Origin: an uncultured Gemmatimonadales bacterium
GTDB taxonomy: Bacteria; Gemmatimonadota; Gemmatimonadetes; Gemmatimonadales; GWC2-71-9
Reading direction: 5' to 3'
DNA: 64,000 bases
Assembly (NCBI GenBank): GCA_963698975.1
Contig: CAVOSV010000003.1
Coordinates: 591,199 to 655,198 of the forward strand
The stretch's first letter is position 1; the number at the start of each line of letters is the position of its first letter. This document shows, one piece after another, positions 16,849-25,274 of the stretch. Position numbers and translations under genes: made by a program. Below the pieces are notes generated by a model. It saw nothing but the letters and a program-made list of their open reading frames with translations. It had not been told where the DNA came from and ran no database searches.

Positions 16849-17965
16849 CTAAAACCTTCTCCAGATCCACCACTCGGTCCATCAACGACCAGCGCAGCAG
16901 CAGGGTCTCGACCGCGAGGCGCGGATTGACGCTGCGGCGGATGTTGTTCTCGTCCTCCGCCAGTAAGCGCAGCATTCGGAGCACGTCGCCCGGCTGCAAA
17001 CGGCTCCGGTACTCCTCCAGCCGTGCGCGGACCGCCTCGGTGAGCCCGTCCGGCTCGGCACCGACCTGGAGCATCAGCAAGGCCCGGAGCACGTCGGCAG
17101 CGCCGGACATGAATTCCGAGAGGTCGACCCCTGCGTCACACAGCCGGTCCACGAGCGGGAAAACTGCGCCGGGTTCCCGCTCAGCCACCGACCGCAGCAG
17201 CTCTCCGAAAAGCTCATCATCGGCCAGCCCCAAGACCTCCCGGACCCGTTCCGCCGTCACTACCCCTTCCCCGAAGCTCAGGCACTGATCCAGAATCGAA
17301 AGCGCGTCCCGCATTCCGCCATCGGCGTGGCGGGCGATCAGCGTGAGCGCATCGTCCTCGGCTTGGAACCCCTCCGCCGCGAGCACCTGCTTGAGCCGGT
17401 CCCGAATGGCGCCGGGACCGATTCGGCGGAAATCGAACCGCTGGAGGCGGGACATCACCGGGGCTGCCGTGGCCGCGATCTTCTGGGGCTCGGTAGTGGC
17501 AAAGACGAAGATTACCCCTGGCGGCGGCTCTTCCAGGATTTTCAAGAGCGCGTTCCACGCCTCGCGGGTCAACATGTGCGCTTCGTCGATGATGTAGACC
17601 TTCGAGTGGCCCTCGCGCGAGGCGGCGTACATGGCCCGCTCCCGCAAGTCCCGAGCATCTTCCACGCCCCGGTTGCTGGCAGCGTCGATCTCGATCACGT
17701 CGAGATTGGCCGAGCCGTTCCAGATGCGGAGGCAATTCTCGCAATCGCCGCAGGGATCACCTGACGGCTCTCGCTGGGCGCAGTTCAGGGCCATGGCAAG
17801 GATGCGGGCGGCAGTGGTCTTCCCGACCCCCCGGGGACCGGTCAGCAGATACCCATGCCCTACGCGACCCCGGGAAACGGCGCCGCGGAGCACGGCCGCG
17901 ACGTGGTCTTGCACCAGGAGGTCGGAAAAGCGCTTGGGACGATATCGGCGAGCGAGGGAGATCAT
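16331..17965 (-). CDS. dnaX: DNA polymerase III subunit gamma/tau (frame-0 reading; only the part upstream of about 16850 looks authentic)
   Basis: Starts MISLARRYRPKRFSDLLVQ at ATG 17965. Walker A GPRGVGKTT, DEAHML, Zn module CAQREPSGDPCGDCENC. Downstream of about 16850 frame 0 gives Arg/Gly/Pro-rich text unlike DnaX. The ORF-track start at 18019 runs into the SRP RNA. Confidence 0.85.
   Translation of the reverse strand: MISLARRYRPKRFSDLLVQDHVAAVLRGAVSRGRVGHGYLLTGPRGVGKTTAARILAMALNCAQREPSGDPCGDCENCLRIWNGSANLDVIEIDAASNRGVEDARDLRERAMYAASREGHSKVYIIDEAHMLTREAWNALLKILEEPPPGVIFVFATTEPQKIAATAAPVMSRLQRFDFRRIGPGAIRDRLKQVLAAEGFQAEDDALTLIARHADGGMRDALSILDQCLSFGEGVVTAERVREVLGLADDELFGELLRSVAEREPGAVFPLVDRLCDAGVDLSEFMSGAADVLRALLMLQVGAEPDGLTEAVRARLEEYRSRLQPGDVLRMLRLLAEDENNIRRSVNPRLAVETLLLRWSLMDRVVDLEKVLAGRTAGRRGSGAEVGGAARQRGSAPGIRGSDGWRGIEAGSYPCSCNSPSSGGICRTAPRPCGPAHRQTGPLDRGHSCRLARDNRRCPGAEPVAGRAPGFGRAGGPDSALPQCGTQRAQPVVRRAAGAGGPKGGGDPHPQPRPAHPLAAGAQSGTVGGPPAEAPPNVRFEHQS
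16781..16842. repeat. About 7 tandem 8-bp units (GCTGCCCC-like) inside dnaX
   Basis: Reads gctgcccc gctgccgc gctgcccc accgactt ctgcccca ctgccccg ccgccccg ctgtcc. Contains the dispersed motif GCGGGGCAGCG (minus strand). Confidence 0.85.
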
Positions 17966-17984
17966 ATCAGCGGGCCAAAAAGAG

Positions 17985-18090
17985 AAGTGCCTCAGGCACC
18001 CCGAAGCGACACCGGACATCGCTTAGCGCTGCTACCGGCGAGGTCCTGACGCGGTTCGCGCGCCGGCGCCCTTCGGACCTGAGGCATCAG
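17985..18090 (-). ncRNA. ffs: Small (4.5S-type) signal recognition particle RNA
   Basis: Minus-strand hairpin of about 100 nt closed by UGCCUCAGG (18086-18078) and CCUGAGGCA (17996-17988). Its core, GCGUCAGGACC-UCGCC-GGUAGCAGCGCUAAGCGAUG, matches the helix-8 consensus GUCAGGUCC-GGAA-GGAAGCAGC..AAG..GAUG. TATATT lies 6 nt upstream of the 5' arm and a U-tract follows (CUUCUCUUUUU). The position directly upstream of dnaX matches the conserved scr-dnaX-yaaK-recR synteny. Confidence 0.65.
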
Positions 18091-18118
18091 TAATATAACC
18101 CGCCCCGAACGGGGTGGG
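18091..18118 (-). terminator. Intrinsic terminator of the SnoaL-like gene
   Basis: Minus strand CCCACCCC-GUUC-GGGGCGGG followed by UUAUAUUA, 12 nt after the stop at 18130. Confidence 0.6.
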
Positions 18119-18129
18119 AATTGCGATGG

Positions 18130-18651
18130 CTAGTGCTGTGGAGCGAGGTTCGAGCTGTACATATCTACTACGTACTTCCAGCTGCCGTCCGGCTGCTTCT
18201 TCAGAATTTCCAGGAACTTCCCTTCGTCTGCCACGCCGGGATTGGCTTTGGCTTTGGGCACCGCGGTGAAGCGGTAATGCCCCATGTTGTAGGCCAGATC
18301 ACCCCGCCCTTCCAGGACGTCGGAGTTGATCTCCATACGAACCGTGTAGGCCTCGAAGAATCCCCCCCAGAAGGCACGGATCGCAGTGCGGCCCTTTTGC
18401 GGAGGCAGATTAGGAGGAAGCAGAGCCGCGTTGGTTGCATACACGCCAGCAATCGAGTCGGCACTGCCCGCGTTGGCGGCTGCCGCAAATGACGAGTCCA
18501 CGGCTCGAATGGCCTCAAGGTCGGCGTCTGATAGCTCTGTAGCCGGTTTGCCGCCGGCAGAATCGGAAACCTTTCCCGCTGTTTTGCAGCCGGCACAGAA
18601 TGCCAACCCGACAGCCACCACCATTACGGCACGACCCATGGGTTGCGACAC
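18130..18651 (-). CDS. SnoaL-like/DUF4440 (NTF2 fold) lipoprotein
   Basis: Lipobox LAFCAGC. A DUF4440-like core (IRAVDSSFAAAANAGSADSIAGVYATNAALLPP......GKFLEILKKQPDGSWKYVVDM). Confidence 0.65.
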   Translation of the reverse strand: MSQPMGRAVMVVAVGLAFCAGCKTAGKVSDSAGGKPATELSDADLEAIRAVDSSFAAAANAGSADSIAGVYATNAALLPPNLPPQKGRTAIRAFWGGFFEAYTVRMEINSDVLEGRGDLAYNMGHYRFTAVPKAKANPGVADEGKFLEILKKQPDGSWKYVVDMYSSNLAPQH

Positions 18652-18677
18652 GTGAATCCTCCCCAGTGTGGAAACGA

Positions 18678-19460
18678 TCAGCCCAGAATAGCCCGCTGGC
18701 GGTCGAGCATTTTTTTCAACTCCCAGGTCTCGGCCACCACAGCGCCCAGCAGAAACACAATTGCCGTGTAGTAGACCCAGAGAATGAACAGCACTATTGC
18801 CCCCAGATTGGCATCGCCGCCAAGCCCCTCGAAGGAGGCGAAGTTGGTGAGGTACAGAGCATAGAGCCGCTTGGCCACCTCGAACAGCAGCGCGGTGAAG
18901 GTGGCGGCGAGCAGCGCGGTTTTCCAGGGGAGCCGCCGGACCGACGCATAGCTGTAGGTGACGTAGAACAAGGAAACCGAGAAACTGAAGGCAAGGAGCT
19001 CCGCGAGGTAACGCCCCAACGTGGACACGAAGAACCCGAGCTGGGGCACCGTTTCGGCCCCGCGTGCCTCCAGGATGGCCAGCCCCGTCGTCAGCAACGT
19101 ATTCGCCAAGAACAAAATTACCGTGCCCACAACCATGGCCGCGTCCCGCAGCTTGGCCATGAGAAACAGCGTAATCGCAGCCCGGTGCCGAGTCGGCCGG
19201 AGTGAAACGTCATAAATGTCATTCAGGGCGGTGCGAACACCGGCAAAGAGCCGGGTGCTGAACCAGAGGAAGGTGGGGACAGCGTAAAGCGAAAGCTCTC
19301 CCCGCTTCTCGGTGATGCCCGTCAGCAGCCGCTCGATAATGGCGAAGGGATCGTGGTCCGGAAGGGTCGAATGTGGCGGCAGGAACCGATGGAACAGCTC
19401 CATGGTGTCGACTTCCGGACCAGTCACGGCTTGCGCCAGATGGGTCAGGCCGATCAGCAA
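18678..19460 (-). CDS. YihY/BrkB family inner-membrane protein
   Basis: Multi-TM YihY-like sequence. The conserved N-terminal segment (FLRRTLQAADEDNIPFLASALTFDALLAAVPFILLL) is encoded upstream of this TTG, so the true start is probably the CTG at 19610 (see findings). Confidence 0.75.
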   Translation of the reverse strand: MLIGLTHLAQAVTGPEVDTMELFHRFLPPHSTLPDHDPFAIIERLLTGITEKRGELSLYAVPTFLWFSTRLFAGVRTALNDIYDVSLRPTRHRAAITLFLMAKLRDAAMVVGTVILFLANTLLTTGLAILEARGAETVPQLGFFVSTLGRYLAELLAFSFSVSLFYVTYSYASVRRLPWKTALLAATFTALLFEVAKRLYALYLTNFASFEGLGGDANLGAIVLFILWVYYTAIVFLLGAVVAETWELKKMLDRQRAILG

Positions 19461-19606
19461 AAGCAGGATAAACGGAACGGCGGCCAGCAGCGCGTCGAAG
19501 GTCAGTGCGCTGGCGAGAAATGGAATGTTGTCTTCATCAGCGGCTTGGAGGGTCCGGCGCAGGAAGCCGGCGGGCGAACGATGCCACCCGCCGGGCCTGG
19601 ACCGAC

Positions 19607-20005
19607 TCAGGCGAGCGGCTCCTCGAGATCAGCGGGTGAGCGGCGCCGAGCCCGAGCGTCGGCCAGACGGCGTTCCAGCTCCTCCCGGGGCGACGGCCTC
19701 GAGCTTCGCCCGAACCGATCCGGGCTGTCGTCTTCCTCGAGCTCGTCTTCCTCGTCCTCCAGCATCCCCTGAAAGGACTCCTTGGCACCACCGAACTGTT
19801 GGGTGATCTCGTCCAGCTTCTCCTCTGTCATCGCCCGGAACTTCCACAGCTTCCGCTGCAGATTACGCCGGGTTTCCTCGCCACTGCTCGGCGCGTATAA
19901 CAGGGCCACCCCCGCGCCCAACAGCGCACCCCAGAAGAGCCACTTGGCGGAGGAGTCACCTCCCCGCTCAACGTACACCACCTCGCGGTGCTGCTTGCGA
20001 CGCAT
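19607..20005 (-). CDS. YtxH domain-containing protein
   Basis: LFWGALLGAGVALLYAPSSGEETRRNL is the YtxH signature. Acidic C-terminal tail. Confidence 0.75.
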   Translation of the reverse strand: MRRKQHREVVYVERGGDSSAKWLFWGALLGAGVALLYAPSSGEETRRNLQRKLWKFRAMTEEKLDEITQQFGGAKESFQGMLEDEEDELEEDDSPDRFGRSSRPSPREELERRLADARARRRSPADLEEPLA

Positions 20006-20014
20006 TCGAGCCTC

Positions 20015-21430
20015 CTATTCCCCGGCGTCGGGGTCGTCGGCCGCCGCAACCAGCACCGGCTTGAGTGCCGCGTGATGCTGGATGGGAGCCTGGATGAACC
20101 GGTTGACCTGATCCTGAGTACCGTTCACGTTCAGCTGCTCGAACAGAAATGCGAACGTTTTCTCGAGGTCGCCGGCAATTGCGCCACGGATGTCCTCGGG
20201 CAAAGACCAGAGGGCCTGCTTGAAGGGGCCGATCGCCTTCTTCCGTGCCTTGTAGTAGAACTGCTCGTTGGTGTCGCCGCTCTTCCGTTCACCGGCCGCG
20301 TTCTCGTCCACCCAGCTGCGCAGCCGCTGCCGCAGCTCAGCTGGAAGGCGAGGGTGATCGAAGATGATATTCTGAAAGTTCGTTGCGAGATGGATCTCAG
20401 CCGTTTCAATCCGGGGGAAGTTGCCGAAGGCGTTTGACGGGAGGGTGCTGGCCCCGTGCTGCACCGCACCGGCAAGGCCGTACTCCTCACGCGCCACCTC
20501 GGAGAGTGCCGCGAGCGCCTGAAGGTCCAGCTTGACGTCGGCGATCGAGCCGTCGGCCAGGACCACGCCGCCATGTGAGGTACCGGTTTGCACCGAGATC
20601 TTGCTGATGCCCACGGGAGCCCCCAAGGCGGCCAGCGCCTTGTTGTAGCCCTGCATGAAGGCGTGGAGCTCCTCCACCGTGCTGTTCTTCATGCCGACTT
20701 CGCCGATTTCGGCCCCCACCGAGACGGTGATCCCCTGCGGTTCCTGGTGCCGGATGAAGGCGGTGATCTCGGCGGCGCGCTCGTAGTTGAGCCGCTGCTG
20801 CTCGCTGAGCGATGACTTCGAGAGGTCGACCAGCGTGGATGTATCCACGTCGATGTTGTAGAACCCGGCTCCAACCTCCTCCGCGATCAGCTTCTTGACC
20901 TCGCCGATTTCACCCTCGGGATCGGCCTGGTATTTCTTCTGGTTGACCTGACAGTGGTCGCCCTGAATGAAGAGCGGCAGAGCATAGCCTTCCCGCAGGG
21001 CCGCCGCAATCATGACGGAGACGTATTCGGCTGGACGCTGCTCAGTGTAGGCAATCTCGGAGCGCGCAATCTCCAAAATTATGGCACCGGCTTTTCCCGA
21101 ACGCGCCGCACGAAAGATGGCTCGGGCCGTGTCATAGGCCATCATGCGCACGTTGATGGCGGGCACGGTGAAACCGCCACACTCCCCGCGGCCACGAGCG
21201 AGATAGAGATCGTTGATCGAGGCCGGGCGAGACCCGGTTACCTGACCTAACTCCCAGATCAGCCAGCGTGCGGCCTCCCGGTCCTCCGCGGATCCAAACA
21301 CCGCTTGCCAGGCCAGCCGGTCGGTTGCCGCTGAGCGCAGCTTTGCCTGGTCACGGATCTTTACCCCTCCGGGAACCTGAATCACCGCGCCTTGATACAG
21401 ATCCAGCGCCCGCTGTGTTGCATCAGCCAT
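20015..21430 (-). CDS. fba: Class II fructose-bisphosphate aldolase family protein (long form)
   Basis: FTVPAINV, QGDHC and VQHGASTLP motifs of class II aldolases. Neighbours pgi and pyk. Confidence 0.75.
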   Translation of the reverse strand: MADATQRALDLYQGAVIQVPGGVKIRDQAKLRSAATDRLAWQAVFGSAEDREAARWLIWELGQVTGSRPASINDLYLARGRGECGGFTVPAINVRMMAYDTARAIFRAARSGKAGAIILEIARSEIAYTEQRPAEYVSVMIAAALREGYALPLFIQGDHCQVNQKKYQADPEGEIGEVKKLIAEEVGAGFYNIDVDTSTLVDLSKSSLSEQQRLNYERAAEITAFIRHQEPQGITVSVGAEIGEVGMKNSTVEELHAFMQGYNKALAALGAPVGISKISVQTGTSHGGVVLADGSIADVKLDLQALAALSEVAREEYGLAGAVQHGASTLPSNAFGNFPRIETAEIHLATNFQNIIFDHPRLPAELRQRLRSWVDENAAGERKSGDTNEQFYYKARKKAIGPFKQALWSLPEDIRGAIAGDLEKTFAFLFEQLNVNGTQDQVNRFIQAPIQHHAALKPVLVAAADDPDAGE

Positions 21431-21528
21431 GCAGGTCTATCCTCTTGTAAGCAGTATCCATGCACTCTGGGCAAAGGTAGGACGGGAATGGACGACCCGC
21501 AACGCGCCGCGGCAGAGAACGCGCCTGG

Positions 21529-22929
21529 TCAAGCCTCGTCCGCAGCAGACACCGCTTCTTGCGGTGCGGGGTCGTAACCGGGCCGCCCCATGGCTGCATA
21601 AGTCAGGCGCTTTCCGAGCTCGACGCCGGGCTGGTCGAACGGGTCGATCCCGTACCATACCCCGGCGTATCCGGTGGCGAGCTGAAAGAACATGATGGTC
21701 TCGCCAACGGTGGCGGCGCTCAGGTCCGGAAGGCGAAGGGTGCAGTTCATTCGGCCCATCTGCGCCAGCGCAGCGGAAGTTGCCTCGTATTCGGCCTGCA
21801 GGAGCTCTCCCAGCGTGTGTCCCGGCAAGTACGCCAGGTCGGCCGGCAAAGCCGGCGCGCCGCCGGAGGCCGAAGGGCCGGGAATTTTCACCTCCACCCC
21901 GAAATCTTCTACGGTCACAAACGTGATCGCCTTGTCATAGGGGCCTTCCATGAACAGCTGGACCTGACTGTGCTGATCGGTGGCGCCTACAGCACCGACC
22001 GGGGTGGGGCCGGCATGCACCGTCTTTCCCTGTCGATCCCTTCGTTTGCCCAGGCTCTCGGCCCAGAGCTGCCGGTACCACTCCGCCAGCTCGCGCAAAC
22101 GGTCGGTATACGGCATGAGAACATGGATATGAGCTGCATGACTCAGGTCCGCCTCATGGTGGAGAGCGGCGTAGAGCGCAGCCGGGTTCCGCAGGAGATC
22201 GTTCTCTTCGGCCCGCTCCAACGCCAGGCGAGCGCCCTGGAGCAAACCTTCGATGTCGATCCCCACCAGAGCGGCCGGCAGCAGCCCTACCGGAGAGAGC
22301 ACACTGAACCGTCCCCCCACATCAGGCGGCACGTCGAGAGTGGCGATATGATCGCGCTGCGCCAGTTCCCGGAGGGCACCGCGGCTGGGATCGGTGGTAA
22401 AGACGAGATGGCGGTAGGCTGCGGCTCCGAGCGCATCCTCGAGCCAGGCGCGCACCACGAGATACTGGGCCATGGTCTCCGCGGTTCCGCCTGACTTACT
22501 GATGACGTTCACAAGAACCCGGCGGGGATCGATCCGTTGCAGGGCCGCTGCTACGGAAGTTGGGTCGACATTCTCCAGCACCGTGAGCCGGGGAAAGAAC
22601 TCCCGCGCCTCATCGTCCAGCTCGTTCCAGGCCGGTGCACGGAGTGCATTCAAGAGGGCCTTGGCTCCAAGGGCCGAGCCCCCGATTCCCAGCACCAGCA
22701 CATGATCGTGTGCCTGACCCAATCCCTCGGCAAAGGTTCTAATCGCCCGGACTGTGGGTCCCTGCTCCACCAGCTTGTAGAACCCGTACTCTCCAGCCTG
22801 GCGCCAGCGGCGTACTTCGGCTTGCACTGACGGAAAATCGTCGGAGAGCTTTTGCAACCGAGCCCGGTCCAGCCCATGCACCCGGTCCAGATTCTCCTGC
22901 AGCATTCGCCCGTACAGCAATTTGATCAC
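21529..22929 (-). CDS. pgi: Glucose-6-phosphate isomerase
   Basis: SIS-domain GIGGSALG and the DQHSQVQL motif. Confidence 0.9.
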   Translation of the reverse strand: MIKLLYGRMLQENLDRVHGLDRARLQKLSDDFPSVQAEVRRWRQAGEYGFYKLVEQGPTVRAIRTFAEGLGQAHDHVLVLGIGGSALGAKALLNALRAPAWNELDDEAREFFPRLTVLENVDPTSVAAALQRIDPRRVLVNVISKSGGTAETMAQYLVVRAWLEDALGAAAYRHLVFTTDPSRGALRELAQRDHIATLDVPPDVGGRFSVLSPVGLLPAALVGIDIEGLLQGARLALERAEENDLLRNPAALYAALHHEADLSHAAHIHVLMPYTDRLRELAEWYRQLWAESLGKRRDRQGKTVHAGPTPVGAVGATDQHSQVQLFMEGPYDKAITFVTVEDFGVEVKIPGPSASGGAPALPADLAYLPGHTLGELLQAEYEATSAALAQMGRMNCTLRLPDLSAATVGETIMFFQLATGYAGVWYGIDPFDQPGVELGKRLTYAAMGRPGYDPAPQEAVSAADEA

Positions 22930-23702
22930 GCCACCTCCACCGTCAGTCCGTCGTAGGCCGGAAAGATTCCCTCGGGCAAGCTGCTCGCGAGATCCGAGTG
23001 TCCGGTTTCGTGAGTCAGATGGGTGAGATAAGTCCGACGCGCCCCCAACTCCCGCGCAGTGGTGATCGCCTCAGAGATGCTGAGGTGAGTAGGATGCGGC
23101 CGCCACCACAATGCGTTCAACACCAGCACGTCCAGGCCCCGGAGCTGTTCACGTTCTGCTTGAGGTATCACCTTGATGTCGGTGATGTAGGCCAAGTTAG
23201 TGAATCGATAACCGAACACACGCAGATGGCCGTGCTGGAAGGCCAAGGGAAGCGTATCGACCCCCGCAACGCTGACCATTTCTCCGGGTGTCACCGGATG
23301 CAAGGTGAGACGAGGCTTCGAGGTGCCCTCATAGGGGCGTACCAAGTCATCGAAAATGTAGTTGAACGACGAGCGCAGCCGCTCCAGGGTCTCTTGCGGA
23401 CCGAACAACGGGAGCGGCTTTCGCTGCCGGACCGAGAAAATACGGAGATCGTCGATGCCGTTGATGTGGTCAGCATGCTCATGGGTGTAGACCACCGCGT
23501 CGACATGCGAGAGACCGGCGGTGATCAACTGCAGCCGAAGCTCAGGCGGGGTGTCGATCAGAATGGTAGCTCCGGCCGCCTGAAGCACGGCGCCCGACCG
23601 CGTGCGCTTGTCACGGGGATCGGTCGAGTGGCACACGGCGCAGTCGCAGCCGATCTGGGGCACGCCGAAGGACGTGCCGGTACCCAGAAAGGTCAAACGC
23701 AT
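22926..23702 (-). CDS. MBL-fold metallo-hydrolase (PhnP/GPmetallo-like)
   Basis: YTHEHADHINGI (HxHxDH) motif. ATGA overlap with pgi. Confidence 0.8.
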   Translation of the reverse strand: MRLTFLGTGTSFGVPQIGCDCAVCHSTDPRDKRTRSGAVLQAAGATILIDTPPELRLQLITAGLSHVDAVVYTHEHADHINGIDDLRIFSVRQRKPLPLFGPQETLERLRSSFNYIFDDLVRPYEGTSKPRLTLHPVTPGEMVSVAGVDTLPLAFQHGHLRVFGYRFTNLAYITDIKVIPQAEREQLRGLDVLVLNALWWRPHPTHLSISEAITTARELGARRTYLTHLTHETGHSDLASSLPEGIFPAYDGLTVEVA

Positions 23703-23705
23703 CCG

Positions 23706-25169
23706 CTACACGGCTTCGACTTTGAGGAAGTTGGTCGTGCCCGGCATGTCGAAAGGAACTCCCGCAGTCACCACCACCCGCTCCCCAGGCTGCGCCAGCT
23801 TGCGGTCCAGGATCTGCTGCCGGGCTGCCTTGAGCATTACGTCATAATCATTGGAGTGCGCCGTGAGCACGGGCGTTACCCCCCATACCAGGGCGAGCTG
23901 ACGAAAGGTCTCGGGCTCAGGCGTGCAGGCGAAGACCGGAACCGTGGGCCGGCAGGTGGCGACCTTCCGGGCGGTAAAACCGCTGCTGGTAAAGCAGACG
24001 ATCAGCGGGGCGGAGAGCATCTCTGCGGCAGCACAGACTGCCACGGCGATGGCATCTTCCGTCCGGATTGGGCCGCCAGGAGCAGACTGATGGTGCCGCA
24101 GTGCTCCCTGCTCGGCTGATCGCCGACCAAGCGCGGCGTCGATGCTGGCTCCCCGCGACTGGCGCTGGCTCTCCATCTCCCGAGCGATGCGATCCATGGC
24201 CTGTACTGCCTCCAGCGGATAATTCCCCACCGCGGTTTCGGCGGACAACATCACGGCGTCGGTACCATCCAGGATGGCGTTTGCCACGTCCGATGTCTCT
24301 GCTCGTGTGGGCCGGGGAGCATGCACCATCGACTCGAGCATCTGCGTAGCGGTAATAACGGGCTTCCCGTGCAGACTCGCCTCTCGGATGATCTGCTTCT
24401 GAATCAGAGGCACTTCCTCGAAGGGCAACTCGACTCCCAGATCGCCCCGGGCGACCATGATGGCATCCGAGCTGTCGAGAATCCCGCACAGGTTTGTGAT
24501 CGCGGTGTCCTTCTCGATTTTGGCAATCAGCTTTACTCCCCGGGGCACCAGACCGCGAAGCTGCTCGATGTCCTCCGGGCGGCGCACGAAGGAGAGCGCG
24601 ATGTAATCGACTCCCAGGGAGCCGACCTCCTTTACATCCTCGATGTCTTTTTCGGTCAACGCCGGGGCGCTCACCTCGATGCCCGGGAGATTCATTCCCT
24701 TGTGGGCCTTCAGCTCACCGCCGTAGTGAACTACCGCTTCCACCCGCTGCTCCCGCACACCTCTCACCTCCAAAGCCAGAAGACCATCGTCCAGCAGTAT
24801 GCGAGCGCCGATCCGAACGTCGCGCGCGAGATCGTCATACGTCGTGGGAATCTCGTCGGGCTGAGCAATGTCCTCAGGAGCGAACACCACCTTCTGTCCG
24901 GGCTCGAGCCGAGTGGGCTTGGAGAGATCGCCGATCCGTATGCGGGGCCCCTGTAGATCGAGCAACACAGCGGCAGCTTCGCGCCTCCCCTGAAGGACCG
25001 TGCGGAGTTCGTGAATCCATCGGGCACGTGTCTCCGATGTGCCGTGGGAAGCGTTGATTCGGACGACATCCACCCCTGCATCCAGGAGGGAAGTCATCTT
25101 CGGCGGAGTATCCCAGGCGGGTCCCAGGGTGGCAACGATTTTGGTTCGGCGGAGAGCGGTACGCGGCAT
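23706..25169 (-). CDS. pyk: Pyruvate kinase
   Basis: RRTKIVATLGPA N-terminus and the MVARGDLGVE motif. 487 aa. Confidence 0.95.
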   Translation of the reverse strand: MPRTALRRTKIVATLGPAWDTPPKMTSLLDAGVDVVRINASHGTSETRARWIHELRTVLQGRREAAAVLLDLQGPRIRIGDLSKPTRLEPGQKVVFAPEDIAQPDEIPTTYDDLARDVRIGARILLDDGLLALEVRGVREQRVEAVVHYGGELKAHKGMNLPGIEVSAPALTEKDIEDVKEVGSLGVDYIALSFVRRPEDIEQLRGLVPRGVKLIAKIEKDTAITNLCGILDSSDAIMVARGDLGVELPFEEVPLIQKQIIREASLHGKPVITATQMLESMVHAPRPTRAETSDVANAILDGTDAVMLSAETAVGNYPLEAVQAMDRIAREMESQRQSRGASIDAALGRRSAEQGALRHHQSAPGGPIRTEDAIAVAVCAAAEMLSAPLIVCFTSSGFTARKVATCRPTVPVFACTPEPETFRQLALVWGVTPVLTAHSNDYDVMLKAARQQILDRKLAQPGERVVVTAGVPFDMPGTTNFLKVEAV

Positions 25170-25258
25170 GGCAGGAGTCTAATGCAGACCAGTCACCCCT
25201 GCATCACGAGATCAGTCTCGATCGTATTGAAGACCGGGCAAGAGCCCTCGAAACCCAA

Positions 25259-25274
25259 TTTCCACATGTGGAAA
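25259..25274. promoter_or_regulatory. Perfect 16-bp palindrome TTTCCACATGTGGAAA (candidate operator)
   Basis: Perfect dyad 90-105 nt upstream of the pyk ATG, inside an AT-richer non-coding gap. Confidence 0.4.

Noticed and set aside
16781-16851. E. coli-type programmed -1 frameshift as the explanation for the dnaX frame break.
   Set aside because: The required shift is +1 (or -2), not -1. There is no A AAA AAG-like slippery heptamer or A-run. Frame 0 does not terminate shortly after the site, as it does for gamma. Repeat-unit indel or assembly collapse is at least as likely, so I report it as an open question.
17966-18019. Upstream start of dnaX (MSGVASGCLRHFSFWPAD..).
   Set aside because: It overlaps the SRP RNA 3' arm and terminator U-tract. 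The DnaX family N-terminus begins at MISLARRYRPKRF (ATG 17965).
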